Assembly: GCA_973895155.1 (NCBI GenBank)
Contig: OZ316898.1
Coordinates: 11,183,187-11,247,186 of the forward strand
Direction: 5' to 3'
Source: Marsupella aquatica
Lineage: Eukaryota > Plantae > Marchantiophyta
DNA length: 64,000 bases
Shown here: positions 23,594-38,377 of the stretch, piece by piece
How the letters are laid out: every line of letters starts with the position of its first letter
Position numbering within the stretch: position 1 is the stretch's first letter
Program-made: the position numbers and the translations under genes
Notes under the pieces: generated by a model
Databases searched by the model: none
Seen by the model: only the letters and a program-made list of their open reading frames with translations
Told to the model about the DNA's origin: nothing

Positions 23594-26500
23594 TTTGAGC
23601 TAAATGTGACCTGTAGACAAGTTATTGACTGCTTGCATCTGGTTTTCCATAAGCGTGTGGGTTGGTAAGTCAAGGCTTAAGCACAAACTACTACTGAAGG
23701 GCATCCTTGACAAAAATGAAACGTCCTTCCACAAAGTGGTAAGTTGTTGCTGGTGCCCAAATTACTTAGGTTGTCCTTAAAGTGCAACGTCCAATGACAG
23801 TTACTTTATAATGACCATTTTTGTACTCATTAGGAATGGAGCAAATGATGAAAAGTCTGAAACTTTTTCAGGTGATAGATTGAACATCAGAGAACTAGCT
23901 GGAAACTTTTGAGCTTAAGCAGGGATACAAAAGTTGTCCAAATATATGCACAACTTGTCTATTATAAACTAGCATTTTACAGGTAGGGGTGCCTGGAAAA
24001 ACTACTCAGGACATCCTTCTAAAAATGTAGCATCCATCAAAGATAGCCGGTCAGTGTGAATTTTGGGTGTAGGTGAAGAAACATGTGTCTTGCTGTTCAT
24101 GGGGATGGGCAAAACAAACCCCTTGTCCAATCCACGCTGAATGTTCCTGTGCTCTATATTTAGAGAGAACATAGAGGGTTTACAAGGAAAATACAAATTA
24201 TATTATATTCAAATGATTGGATTGTATTTGTGCATTTATAGAGATGAAAAGGAACTCAGCAATAGAAATTTTCGTTTCTTGCCTTGCACTCAATCCCAAA
24301 ACACGAGAAAAAGATTCATTTGTGAATCCTTTAATATTATATTGACGGGACTCAACTAGCACTACGATAACTTTTGTCAATTACGGTATTTGAGGCGAAG
24401 ATAGTACAGTATTTGTAAAGTCAGCTTAGACGTCTGCGAGTCGCAAACCCTCTTATTACGCTGTACCTCGAGAATAGAAACATTACTTTACAACTTACCC
24501 CCTCGGTCTGTGATATTACTATTGTTGTTGTTCTTATGATATGCGAGGCTTCCCATCGGTCCTATCCATGTCTGTACTTTTTCTGGGAGAGGAAAACAAT
24601 TGTCGGAAGTGATCATTCTCAGTTGGTTTGTTTTTAACAGCCAACACAATTTACGGGTCCAGAAACGGCCTGAGCCTGAGGCTGTGCAAAAGAAATCTAA
24701 TCCGAGCTGTGCGGCTGATCATGGCAGCACGGAGCTGTAGAATCCTGTCCATCAATCAACGGGTCGATCCATCAACTTTAGCATGTCTGATACGGCGGGC
24801 AAAGACTCGGTAAAAAAAGGAAGCCTCGGCTTTTGCACTTTACAGTTGAAGGACCCGTACAACATGGATATGGCGAGAAATTCCCACAGCCCTGAAAATG
24901 AGTGACCTTCCCTTGGGGACGATCGACAGACTGAGCGAGAAAGAAAACATGGGGCAGTTTGGTAACTCCATATACGAAAACAATATCAGTCAGATGCAGG
25001 CATGCAGGCAGGCACTAACTGTAGTACCAGATGCCGTCAATCCAAAACTGAAAAAGGCGAGAAAGATCTCTGCTAGGATCGCTGGAAAGAGGAGGAAAAG
25101 GTATGGAAAGGAGGGAGGATGCTGGGCTGTCAATCAGTGGTGGTCAGAGTTCACAATTGGTACCGGAGTTCAAATCCGAAGCTGCAGAGACTGAAAGGCA
25201 GGCTCATGTACTTACAGTAGTTTGCTTTTCTCCTGGAACAAGCATCAGATCGACCAGCAGCTGCTGCTCCTGCAGGTCGGGCATGCAGAGCCCCTGGTCT
25301 GAAAAACCATACGTAGCTTCTGCACAGGGCAGACTGTGCAGCCTGGGGAGGTGTGAGCGTGCATCTTTGTCACACATTTATTGTGTCTTAATGTATCTGT
25401 GATGCTCCTATGTTTACAGGGTGGCCTCCGTTTTTCCGAATTTAAACGAACTTTTCATATTTTCCGGAGTAAGAAAGTCGGTGGGACATATTGAAAGGAA
25501 GGCATGATCCCGCTCAAATCTATAAAGTCGGAACCTCCGGATCCTGCTACTTTCCGAGACAGCTCAACGTCTTGGCTAGACCTTGCTTTTCAGGCAGGGC
25601 ATAGACCCGGAGATGTTGTTCTGGATTCATTTTGCAGTGTCTGATAAATTTTTTGTTGTGGGGTCCTCTCGTAATCTGCTAGCCAGGCTACACGACTGTA
25701 GTTCAAGCAGGTGGTACTACCTTTAGTATTAATTAACAGATCATCGTCACAGGCCTCGATTAGATGAATATCGGTCCCGTGTTGGAAGACTTCAACTGAC
25801 ACTGACTTGCCTTCACTACGTACGCACCTGATACATGCATCTTAAAGCAGCTCACAGGAAGCAGTCCATTCATTCCGAACATGTGTCTTCAGATTGGAAG
25901 AATGTTGTTTTCAGATCCCAAGGAAATTTCGTTTGTAATTCCCAAATGGGACAAGAAAGCTTGGGAGCAGGCTAACTGTCATTGATTACATAAATCTATG
26001 GCTGACATTCATTTATCTGTAAGATTTGATTCCTATGAAATACCTTACATGGATATTGGCTCTTTCGGTAAATATTCACAGGAACTTAAATGTTGGGTGA
26101 AATTTACACTTTTTGACATGATTGTTGTAGAGGTGGCTTCTGATAAAATTTGGACTTGTTTCCACTGAAAAGGTTCCGTTTCCCTCCTGATCGACCAACA
26201 AATCTTGCAAAGGAGAAATTATGCTATCCCTGGTGCTTGTGATGTGGAGAACTTCAAACCAATATTAATTCACAAACGTGGGACTCCATTCGGACTCCAT
26301 TCCAAAGGAACTTTTTGGTGCATTGCTGCCCCGCACCCACATTAAAAGAGCCATCGGCAGGACGGTGAAAGGTTAGTAAGAGAGAGCATGCCATTGGAAT
26401 GCAAGTATGGACTGGCATGCACTCTAGTGTGCCTACGAATCTGGTATTGCAGTCCAGTCCAGTCTGGGCCGAGCAGCAGCAGCGGTAGCGGTAGCTACCC

Positions 26501-28393
26501 TGCCGGCCCTCCCTCCCTGCCTTTTCTTACCGCAACTAACTCGTACCGTTTTGGGGATTGCTTTATTTCGTTTCATCCCCTTGTACCCTAAGTTCACTAC
26601 CGCTTGATCGCTTTGTAACTCTTGGTGGCGAAGAGTGTACGTTGTTCCCTAGGATCTGAACATAACCATCTAATGAGTTCAAGGGAGCAGTACCATAGTC
26701 TTGGAAAGTGCTGTCTGTACAATCAAACAAACCAATGAACGATTGAAATCTTGGCTAAATCATGGCCTGAGTGACGAGTGTTGTACCCATCTTTGTTCTT
26801 CTGAATCACAAGAAACATGTACCCCGACGGGACTTCGAAGGGACCCGCTATGCGGCTAGCTAGCTACTGGCTACGTACTGCCTCTAGCATCTGGGTGCTT
26901 CAATATTTGGTTCTTCTCCAACCTCGTGTTCATTAGGTCTAACAAAAGACGCATACAGACAGATCGGTAGGACGCACCTGCCTGCATGGCTCTCACGCTC
27001 TCTCCTTTGCCCTTCAGAGCAGGCCTCGTCTCTCGAGTTTTATATGATTGTTGATTTCTCAATCGCGCCCGGGAAGTCTTGAAGCAGCATGGCATGGCAT
27101 GGTACCGTATACGAGACCCTACTGCACGCACAGGTGTATGAGGAGGATGACCGGTGTAGAAGGCATCGGAGGCGTGGAATCAGGTGGGGCAAGCAGTAAT
27201 TGACAGACAGTGAACAGACCTCGATCCGCTCCTGCAAGCGTGTACCGGGCCGGGCAAAGAAAGTAACTTATTAGACTGAGGAGGAACATGCAGCGAGGGA
27301 GAATAATATTGACTGCTGCTGGATCGAAAAGTACAGGATTGATGAGCTAGGCAAGATGTTCACCCGGGGCTGATCTGCCCCCCCCTCCAGCTGAAACAAG
27401 CGCCAACCGAAGATGCAAGTGGATAAGCTATGAATATAGCTGCGATCAGTCTGTTGTTGGGCCCTGTGCCAAACATGATTTGTCTGAAGAGGCCGGGAGG
27501 TCCTCGAGGAGAAGGAAGAAGAAGAGGAGCTAATAAGAGACCTAAAACTTAGGACTGGTTAGGATGACTGTAAAAGGTATTCCAGGTTACATACAGTACC
27601 TGACATTCTGGTTGCTTTCCATGAATGGAACGATGGCAGAAAAAAAGGCAGGGCAGGGCAGGGTCTGATCCTTGTATGCTATTCTAGCTACCAAAAGAAC
27701 GACCAACGAACAAAGTAGACCTCGGAAAGGGCTCATAATTTACAAAATGGCCTGACTGACTTGCCATGCTGCTGCTGTCTGAGCTCCGACTGCCTCCTCC
27801 TCACGTTCATTCCTTTTGCGTGGGAACACTGATTTAGCCGACATGGGGAAAATTAGTTGACGAATTAGTAACAGGTAGCAAATCAGATCTCAGTTCTACG
27901 CATGTATGTATTGGAAAAGTCATGGGCAGGTGCCTGTTCAAGCTAGCAAGCATTTGAGGAGAGCTGCTGGAACCTGCAGCTGCAGGATCCCGGAGAGCAC
28001 TACAAACTACCAACCGGGCCCACTTTGCCCTCGCGAGTAAACCAAAAGAGCGACGAGGCTTTAATATCTAGACAGCCCACTGTAGATGTGTTGGCATGGA
28101 CAATTGATAGGTCGGGAATGCCAGCAGTGGTCGAAAATTGCCATGTCGTTCGCATTAAAGTTTCCGTTCGAGATAAGCAAATGCCATGTCGTCGACCGTC
28201 ATAGCTGCTTACTGACAGTCCCTACCCGACCTCACTTCGAAACTTGCCGGAAGAAAAGCCTAGCTAGTGTAGTTAAACGATGTAGTGTAGTGAAAACAGT
28301 CCTAGGAGCGCTGCAATAACCTCGATCTTTCACAACATTGGTCTAGAAAGAACGGTCGTTCACGGCTCTACTAAGACAATGTACTGTAGCTAA

Positions 28394-28965
28394 GGGGCAC
28401 TTTACAAGACGTCGGGGGCGTTTGCTTCCTTTTCTACCAAAGCTGAGCCCGCAGCAGTTTCACATGCAAAAAACAGTATACCGGGGTTAATAGAGAATTT
28501 AGAAGACTTTTATTACCCGGGTTGATAGAGAATTTAGAAGACTTTTATTGCCCCCGACGTCTTGTAAAGGGAACTCTGGCCAGTGTAGCTAGAATCATTG
28601 ACTAGAAGACAAACTTGGGATCCACTCCACCTGAATCTTTGGCTAATGCTGGCTAATCTTTGGCTAATGCTGGTTCCTGTGGGTCCGCATTTATTGAAAA
28701 CTGCCCATAATAGGAATGGACCAAGCGGCCGGATGAAGGGACCTTCAACGGAGGTGGTCTAAAATTCTGGACAAAAAAGAGCTCCACCTCGGCAAAAGTT
28801 GGGCCCCACTGAAGTCCATGTAGGATCGGCAGAATCAATGAGCAAAACTGCCCCCGACGTTTTCTAAAGTGAACTCCAGCACTATCTCCCCAATGGATGG
28901 CCCGGATTGGATCTTGGATGTCAGAAAAGTGAACGAACTGCCCCTGACGTCTTGTAAAGCCACCC
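28394..28965. mobile_element. PIF/Harbinger (Tourist-like) MITE, copy 1
   Basis: TIRs ggggcactttacaagacgtcgggggc / gcccctgacgtcttgtaaagccaccc with TAA on both flanks. Extra internal copies of the TIR core lie near 28550 and 28850. Homologous to 44260-44817. Confidence 0.85.
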
Positions 28966-31900
28966 TAATAATTAGGCGCGTGATCGATCTAGTTCTATCT
29001 GCAACCAGGGAATCGGTTGTCTTTCTTGCCCGTCCGTGCCCCTTATTAGTTTCTTCATGGATCCTTCTTGAGATTTTCACTTAGTCGTTTCGTCTCCTTT
29101 CGCCAATTTCTATGAGTCTGTAAGGTCGCTTACTCGGCTATGTGGCCCAGATTCGGTTCCTACGGACAAAAAGACTGAAGTATTTGGGGGTCTCATAGGT
29201 CCAAATTTCGTAGTACTTAATTTCAACAAAGAGTGAACTCTGCCACTAAAACACGCAGAGACAAGAGTCGACTATAACATGACTCGGCAGGTTTCCGAGT
29301 CCCACCACTCCGCTGCGCATGTGGACTGGCCCCCACCACTCGATCTCTCCCTGCAGGCGACAAAACTCTCTTCAAGGGTACCCCCGGGACTGGTGTCCGC
29401 ACAGCACGCCCTGCACGGGTACCTATGTACCGCCAATCTCCTCATAGGGGGTCACGTACAGTTTCCTCGCCAAGTACTTTAATAATTTCCACGGTCTGTC
29501 GGTAGTATGCGGAGCAAAATATCAAATGCTTCAAGACTGTCTTGAAGAAGCAACTTACAACCACAACCAGAATACCAGAGACCACGCTAGCTGGCAAGAA
29601 ATTGGAGAAAAAAATGGTCTCACTGGTAAATGTACGATATGCATGATGGGGATTGCAGCGCCATCGACTGACGACTCAGCTCCGTGTGACATATCTTAAG
29701 CCCACTCGTCTCCTCGTGAAATGAGCAAATTCAGATTCATTACGATAGTTTTTTCCCTGGGCTTTTCGTGATGCTTCTGTTAGTTCATACACACGTAGTG
29801 CTTATCCATGTATGTACCTTACTTCTGTCATCTTCGACGACAATATTCACAATCATCTGCTACCTTGCGGTTCTCGCAGGTCCTGGTCCCAGACACAAAG
29901 TTCCTTGGTCCATTTGTGAGGGTTGGGAGCATCTTCATTCCAACCGATGCAAATCAGTGCATGCATTTTACACCACGGGTCCGGGAATCAAATGCGCAGC
30001 CAAATGCTAACGGAGATTTGGCCGAGAGGTGGATTCAGATATCAGAATTTTACATGTCATGATTGAGACTACCTCCAGTCGCCTATATTAAAGACAAGTT
30101 ATTGTGCACCTACCACCAGCGGAAATAGCTACGTACTCAGGACGTACAATAAGAGTCCTCGCTTTTTGAGCTCCCACGTTTGTTATTTGGTTGCCCACAT
30201 GCGGGGAGACTCCCAGCTCGTATACTTCCGTATGCTTCTTCCCCTGTTTTCTACTGTAAAGTTATAATCTTCTTGAGAAAGCGAACCTATGTTTAGAAAT
30301 GTAGAAATTTTCAACCTCAACTGCGATTGTAGACAGTGGGTGGCTTACAAGCAACCAAAAAATGCGAAACTTGACTGTGCTCGATCTGCGAAACTTAGAT
30401 ATTTCATTATGTTTCTCTCTCAATACCGATGCCCCTTGTACCATCGGCTTTTATTACAATGTGGAACTGGATATAATTGATATAGGAAGGAATGAATGGA
30501 GATGCAAAATTCGAGGAGGAACTCCTGATCACGGTAACCCAAATTTAGTTTGAACATGGCCTCGATCGTTGACGGCATTTCACTATCTGGTTTTATTTGC
30601 TTTGGAAATCAATCCGACGAAAATGAAATTGCAAATGATATGCTTCGTCCCAGTTCTCATCTCTCATTGTTTATGATAAAACTCATCTCAGTACGATTAT
30701 ATGGAATTTTGAAAGTAAAGATAATTGTTTAGAGGCCAAAAATAGGAAGTGCCCCCGGACGACAGTAGGATGATCCAAACCGAGAGTACTTGCTGCAGAA
30801 GATTTGGGACTTTTATCGGAGAAAACTATTGGCGGGGATATTCTTCTACATCCTTTAGTATCTGTCACCCAGTCATCCGGAAATTGGGCTAACTTACAAT
30901 GATTACTCAGAAAAACAATCACGGTTAGCCGAGTCACCTACTACACACCTTATTTAGTTTATACGACATGATGCAGGCCGGTCAGATTCGTGTTGACCAG
31001 GCGATCTGGACACTTTCTGTTACCGTAGGCGTGGCGGGGGAGCAGGCAGGAGCAGCAATGCTGACTCTTCCAAAATACCATTTTCAATCGAAGGTAATCG
31101 ATTAACCAACAGAGACATTTCAATCAATCAAGTTCCCCTCCCAGCTTACAAATCCCACACCCCCCTGTTCCCCAATTTGGTGCCGCCCTTCGTGGCGCGT
31201 CGTCGTCACCAGTGGGGTCAGGACGGACGCCGATCACATCCTTCGCTCACCCCCGAAAGCACACGCTGTGAACTCATCAGCTCTTTCTGGACCTTCCCCC
31301 GCCGGGACACACCGTTTCTGGCCCAGAATTTCCCATCGCTTGGCTGGGGATAATGTTGACCTTTCTGCAGCCTCTTCAATAATTCCCAAATTTCGTATCA
31401 AAAATATTGCATTCACACCAAAAGCCTTGATCTCCTCTCACTCAATTCTTTCTCATCACCAGATGATTGAGTGGCCGCACAGGCCTCTTCCAGTCAAGCC
31501 GCAAAGCGCCAGCCAGCCCAAAACTCCATCCAGTGATCCAGGCCGGACAATCGCCCCCGCCCTTCCACCCCCCTCTACGCCCTCTAGGCACTGGTCTAGG
31601 CCTGGTCGCCTCTAGGTTCCATGGCTCACATTCTAGTCGCTCTCCCCTCCGCCCCTGCCCCACCACCTCACCATCTCCACCACCCCCACGACCAGCAGCA
31701 CCGCCCCCGCGATCTAATCCCCGCCCGCCCCCGCGATCTAATCCCCCGGCCGCCCCCCTCAAATTCCAACAGTAAGTTCTATCGATCTACACTATCATCA
31801 TCATCATCATTCCACTGTATAATTATGCAGGGGTTGAACATTCTCTACCTCCGCGAATGCCGCGAGAGTCGCTGACCGCGACCGAGACTCCGGAGCCCTT

Positions 31901-34900
31901 TCGGTTGGGGAATGAACGGTAAAAAGGGAGATTCTGGCGTGTGGCCGTACGGCAAAGCCTTCGAGCATTCCGGGGGTCTGGGAGAGGACGGCGTGTTACA
32001 ACTGGAGACTGACTGACAGACTGACTGACTGACTGAATGGAACAGAGTCAGTCGGAGACTCGGAGTACAGTACCGTAATTATTAGACTGTAGAAAAGACA
32101 TTCAGCACAGTTGCAACTCAGACTACCTACGGCGGCCGACGGTGGAGCGTACCTTGAGTACGGCCTCTGGATTCCTCACCGTGCCGTGCCGTACCGAGCG
32201 GCCCCGTCATGACTCCGTCCGTTGTCGGGCCGTCGAGTCCAGTGACTCCAGCCCAGTCGACTACTGTGAAAACAGTATCCACTAGTCCACTACTACAACT
32301 CTGCTACAAGAGCCCAGCGTTGTTCTGCCGGGGTGTTTTGCTCTTATATACGAAAGTCCGACTACACTACTTCTTAGAAGGCTGGTTAAATTCACAGGGG
32401 TTACCCAGGGTTAGATTTCCGTGACACTTAGCCATGGTTAGGCACTAAGTCCAGTCGCACTAAGTCCAGTCCAAGGATTATAGAGTAACGGAAACCACTC
32501 CTGAATTGTTTCCTTTCCTCCCGTGATGCCACAGAACCCCAGGGCTAGTCTGGCATGGGGATTCTAAAATTCTCGCTGAAATTTGAATGAAAAATAGAGT
32601 AAAATGCAAGTGGCATATAATGACAGATGAGACTTTTGTTGTGTAAACTCAATAGAATGGTTCAAAAACCAATTCTCCGGCCTTGTGCTCGGGAACTCTT
32701 CTTCACTTGGGGGTAATGGGCTGTGATCCCCCCCCCCCCTCTTGGGGATGGATCCCTACACCTCATTTCCCAGGAGTTTGCTAGGGTGGTTAGAGGCTAG
32801 ACTCCCCAAGACAATTAACCATGGTTGAACTGTATATGGAGTGACAGGACTCTACTTCATAGCAGTTTGGTTTCAAAGGAGCTAGCTAGGGTTACTAGAT
32901 TGTCTGTGGAACTAACTATGGTGGTGAGTTTGGGTAAGGGACTAGAGAGGAAAGGGGCCCTCGTTTATTACTCATTTGTTACTGCACCACTTTCTGACGA
33001 CTTAAGATATCCTTTCTACCTCAGAACTTTCAACCAAGTTGTAGTAGTGGACAAGTTAGAGCCTGCTAACTTGGTGGCTTGGGTTAGAACCTTGTCCTGC
33101 GCTCATTGCTTGTCCAATTCAGCTCCCAATGTGTGAAAGTTTTGCAGTACCTGATGTGCATTATGTGTGGTATGTGCAAGCCCAGTGGGCCCAATAGGTT
33201 TGGGGTGGCTTTGCATACATAGGGAACAATGTGGGCCGTTAGTCTCTTAATATGCCACGCGGTATTGTTGCAGGTAACCTTTCATTTGTCTCTGGGGCCG
33301 TACAGACAGAGGGAAGTAGTGTTTGTTCAGGAGCCTTGCTTTGCTCAGGAGTTAGGAATAATTTATTGAGGACTTCTGCTTACGTAGGGGGTATATAAGT
33401 GTCGAAAAAGTTGTTTCAGATTTGAGGTCATCTTTTAAAAGTTAAAATCATCTAAATTCAAAAACGAAGCGGCCAATATGGACCACAAGTTTGTAAGCAC
33501 AAATTGCACTCGTGCACAGCTTTGCCGGCTGTGCAACTCTCCTTTTGGGTCTAGTTTCCCTTTTAGCTTCCCACAAAAGAGAACATTGTTCTCTTGCATA
33601 GGAGTCAATTAGTGTGAAGTAAACTTTGGCAGCTCAAGTTTCTCTTACAGCAAAAAACTATTTGCTACACCTCTTAATGAAATTTTGATTTTTGAGGGAA
33701 CGAACATCTATCAAATTTGTAATAATGTATAATTTCCTGCGAATTTCCTGGCCACTCCACCCTTGTGTGCAAAACCATTCAGGCCTTCTGCCCTAACCAC
33801 CTGTCTCATGCAAGACAATAACAAACCTTATCGGAGTTACTCACATTGACTTTTCTTGGTCATTGGAGTTAGCATTGTGGGGAAGCAAAGGTCAGCTATG
33901 AACTGTGGGTAGAGGTTACCATTTTAATAGGGCATCTCAAGCATTGGGTTTGGCGATCATCCTCTGCCCCCATAGGAAGCTGTTAACATGAGTCGGTAAC
34001 AGTTCTCGACTGCCATTTTAGGCAGTCCATAACTTTTGGCGGACTATTGGACTAACATACTTTCCAGTGGGATATTACTTGTCAGGTAGTTAAATTCAGA
34101 CGCCCTTATACATGCATGTGCTCTCAATAAGAGAGTTATATATTTGCAATGGAGGTAGCTGGGAATGGTGGGCGGACCATTACCTCTTTAACAAATGGCT
34201 GCTCATGAAGGGCTCCCCACTCCCACCCACCAAATATATATCTAAAGAAAAAACAACAACCACAAGCCCCCTAAGCCGCTCAACTTCTCAACACACTCAG
34301 AACAGTACTGCTAGTGTCTAGCCACACCTATCTAAACCAGGTAGATCAACTGCTGGGACCTCAAAATCTTAAAATGGGTAAAATAGTTGGGAATAAATAC
34401 TATAAGAGAGAACATACCCCACTATATAGACCTTTGTTCAGTTTCCTGTCACCAAAACCCTTTGTGGAGGTTGGCTATGATTGGTGGCTGAACTATTCCC
34501 ATTTTTTAAGACACATTGTCTTTGGGCTCTCAACCCTCCAGGTCCACACAAAAAAACCTTGGCCCTAAACTACCAGTTTTGGTCTCCAGTCTTGAGTGTG
34601 TGGACAACATTTTGTGTGTCCGCCAGTCTTTTTCCAGGAAAACACTCTTGACTAGCATAACAAATAGATTTGAGACACACTAACGTAGATAATGTAGATA
34701 TAAGCTCTCCCGCTTCCATCCCCTCGGCCCGCCCCGCCACCCCCCCCCCCCCCAAAGACAAACAGAAAACAACCACAAGACCTCTAATTCACTCAACTTC
34801 ACAGCACTAGCGGTAGTAGGGTGCCTCGCGATTTGTGAGTCAATAATAGTGGTTAGTTGTGCAGCGACTGTCCGCGGCATGCATCGGTGATTTGGATACC

Positions 34901-36462
34901 AGGGACGGTACCGTACGCGGAGGAGGGCTGGCGGAGTCCAGTTCAGTAGGCAAGGCACTACAGCAGTGATGGGATTCTGCTCGATGACTTTAAACTCCAT
35001 CACCGTATTTGGTGCTACGAATAATCGTACTGCACTACAGTTGATGGTGCCCCAAATAATAATAATATTGTAATACGATTTGACCGAACAGGACGGGGAG
35101 AATTCAATAGCGGAAACGACGTGCATTATTGCTTTTATACCGTAGACGAAGTGCTTATTAATAAGGACTTGAGCTCCTGGGCGAATGTTTTTCTCTGATG
35201 AGTTTTATGATTCTTTCCGATCCATGTGGTCATTGGGGTGGACCACTGGTCAGTCAAGATTCTTCCATTCATTTATTGTTGTTATCTCCATCCGGACGAA
35301 GACGACACTCGACAAGAAGGATCGGCGACGAAGTAATCCAAAAGCCAATCCTTGGCTTCTTGGCCCCAGATTGTTGTCCCTGTTGTGTGAGTGACCTCTT
35401 TGTGTCACCCACTGGTAGCCCTCCCATTAGTAGACCTGTAACTTTCCTAACTAGTGCTGAGCTTGTGACCTCCTTCTGGTTTCCATCGCCAGTAATGGCC
35501 GAGGCGAAACAGGAAAAACGAAAAGCCACCGCAAGAGAGATACTCAGCTGAGAGATTCTTAGAAACCAGGTTCAGTTAACAAGCCAGGTCAAACAATGCA
35601 CAAGAGGAGGAAGTGAGCTACAGAAGTACCCAACACAAGAATGGGGCAGACGGGGAAACGTTATGGCGAGCATAAAAGAATGGGGTCCGACCAGGTAATC
35701 AACCGTTTTCCCAAATTTGCAATTTTGTAACTCCTCTGCAATTCACAACGTACGTTGTTACATCTAATCAGACAACCGTAATGGACATAGACACAGAGAT
35801 CCATCCTCCTAAACGACATTACAACAGTCTCGACGCTACCAGTCGGTACAGGCACTACCTTGGCACTACCTTTGCTTTTGACTGACACCGTATGTACCAT
35901 CTGGCAAAGGTGAAAGGGTTCGAAAAGTGCGAATATGTTTGATGGCATAGAAAGTGCGATTGTTAGCAAAAAGTTACTGCCTGCTGCGAATCCTAGTAGC
36001 CTAATTGGTGGATTTGGTACTGCCTCTAACACGAGTTTCATGAGAAAGAACTGTGTACTGATGTGAATACGTGACAGCACAAGTACTGTAGCTAGGGGAT
36101 TGCCACGAATTTTCTTGGTGGAAGCTCAACAGCTATGATAATTATCCATGTCAATGGAGTATTCTTGGAGGCACTGCAGTGTAAGACTGGAAGTACTTTA
36201 AATCAGTGTTGGAGACCCAACAGTTCCATACTCCATTGCCCTTCAATTTCGCAACCTGCATAATTTGGCTTGCCATTGGATTTGCATGTGCTCTCCAACT
36301 TGGATCAGTGATTAGTGGGTCCAGGAATTTCGATGATGAAAACTTTACTCTAGAAGGAAAGCATAGCAAATAATGCCGATCTTGCTTGTTTCAGTTTTGA
36401 CATTTTCAAACAAACCTGTTCTACAGTGTAGAGTTCGTCGAGAGTAACTTAATCAGCAGAAT

Positions 36463-36496
36463 TCTCACTCACTCACTCACTCACTCACTCACTCAC
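36463..36496. repeat. (CTCA)n microsatellite
   Basis: About 8 perfect CTCA units. Confidence 0.95.
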
Positions 36497-38048
36497 GTAG
36501 GTCGTGACGTACAAAGCAATGGTGGTGTCATGACTCATGAGAGCTTCCAGCTTCAAACGTTCAGAGACCATTATCTCTGACAGTCCATGTTTGCAGTCCC
36601 GGGAAAGGGTAAACAGTCCTTATTTTACGCAAGCAGGTCCTGTACCGAGTTCGTGCGCATGCCAGGTGGCAGGAGTGGATGTGTCATAGACCCGGAACCG
36701 CGGAAGTCTCGCAGGCATCTGGGCCGCTAGACTTTCCAAAGAGAGAAATTACTGTACCCACCACTTTGATTTGATAATCTGCCCAATCCCTTGGGGGATA
36801 TCACAGCAACATACAGCCAGAAGGAAGGAACAACAATTCATGCAGAGACACCGGGATAAGTGCCGGTTACAGGCCCGTAACTTCATCTCTACAAGGGCGA
36901 ATCGAGCTGAACAGAACCCAACAGAAACTAGAACAGAATAGCAAGGCTGTTACTGGTAGGTTACGGACATGCAGATGAAGTTAATGAGCACTTTTGACAA
37001 TGGACAAGATGATGGGTTCTATCCATTAGGTCATGCTCACCTACAGGACCCGGATAACTGACGATTAGTACCCTGATTCGTCATCCTTTCCCAGCTCCAG
37101 CTTACATGAGAAGTTGAGAACCGTATGCGGTGTTTCCAGTCAAAAAGATGTTGAGAACCGAATTTATTGGCTTGTCTTGTGGCCAATAGAACCTGCTTCT
37201 TTCTCCTCGAATAAGCTACAGTGCTCGACTATTGATTCTCGCTTCGTATGAATTACATATTTACGACTTCATATATTCGGGCTGGCATGCAGATGATGAC
37301 CGTAACTTCAGGCAGTCCAGGAGTAACTGTCACGTTTTCTGCTTCCTTCTGAAATGTAGCTACAACATGCTGTTTCATCGAACGGACTTCTTTGCTATCT
37401 TCGAGGCAAAAAACGAAAATAAAGTAATGCTTGAAGACACCTCGCCTGCGACTCCGTGGTTGAAATTTACAAATGGATTCAATCGACCGAAGTGTCATTT
37501 GACTTGGCGCAATTATTATGAAATACTTCTCCCAAAAACAAATCTTATTTTAGATATTATGCTCGTGAGCCAAAGAGCTAAGCAATGCAATGAGCTTGGA
37601 GTAAAAGCTTGGAAAAAATCAACTTTTTGATTGAAAGGTGGAAGTTCAATAAAAAGTAAATAGTAAACAAATGAAAAAGGCAATGAGGGGCAAACCTTCA
37701 CTAAATGACATTTTTAGTTGAAAAGGAGTAAATAATGGTTTCTAATAAAAGAAGGTCATCTTGCATTGATAGCAAAACTTCAGCAACCTACAGAGTTTTT
37801 TAAAATGTTTTCTTCCATTTAATCTATGGGGTAAACCTTTTTAAACCTTGATATTTCATTTGAAAAACAAAAGCTCTAAAGGGAGAATACAAACGTCTTA
37901 CATAAAGGGCCAACCAGAGTACAAATGAACAAACAAAAGACATCCAAAACGGACATAACCAAACTCAAAAGAATTGAGAAAAGTTCTTCCCAGCATTAAT
38001 GGCTGTACAATACGAGAGGTCCTTACATACCGGGAGTTATGGTTTAAC

Positions 38049-38377
38049 AAGGAAGTTATCAAGTTAATTATTAGTCATTATTTATTATATGAAAAATACT
38101 TTTTATAAATCTTTGAATTTAAGTTTTAAAATTGGAAATGTAACTAAAATGGTTACATAGTGACAGTTTTAACCGTCTTGCTCTTTGCATTTCCAATGTT
38201 TTTACTTTTCTTTTTACGGCACGGTGTCCCAAAATTTACACCCAAATTGACACAAACACGAATGAAAACTATAAGTTTGATTCACAAAACCGACGAGTCT
38301 TGTTTGTTACGGTTGTTGTTGATGTGGCACGCTGTGGTGCCAGGAATTTTGGAAGGGACCTCTAGTGGGGTCCGTAA
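38049..38377 (-). mobile_element. Dispersed repeat family A (hairpin-ended), copy 1
   Basis: Ends in aattttggaagggacctctagtggggtccgtaa and matches the reverse complement of 61519-61838 along ~320 bp. Confidence 0.8.

Noticed and set aside
31442-31875. Overlapping Pro-rich/Gly-rich ORFs on both strands
   Set aside because: They arise from a low-complexity C-rich tract with a short duplication (ccccgcgatctaatcccc) and show no recognisable domain.
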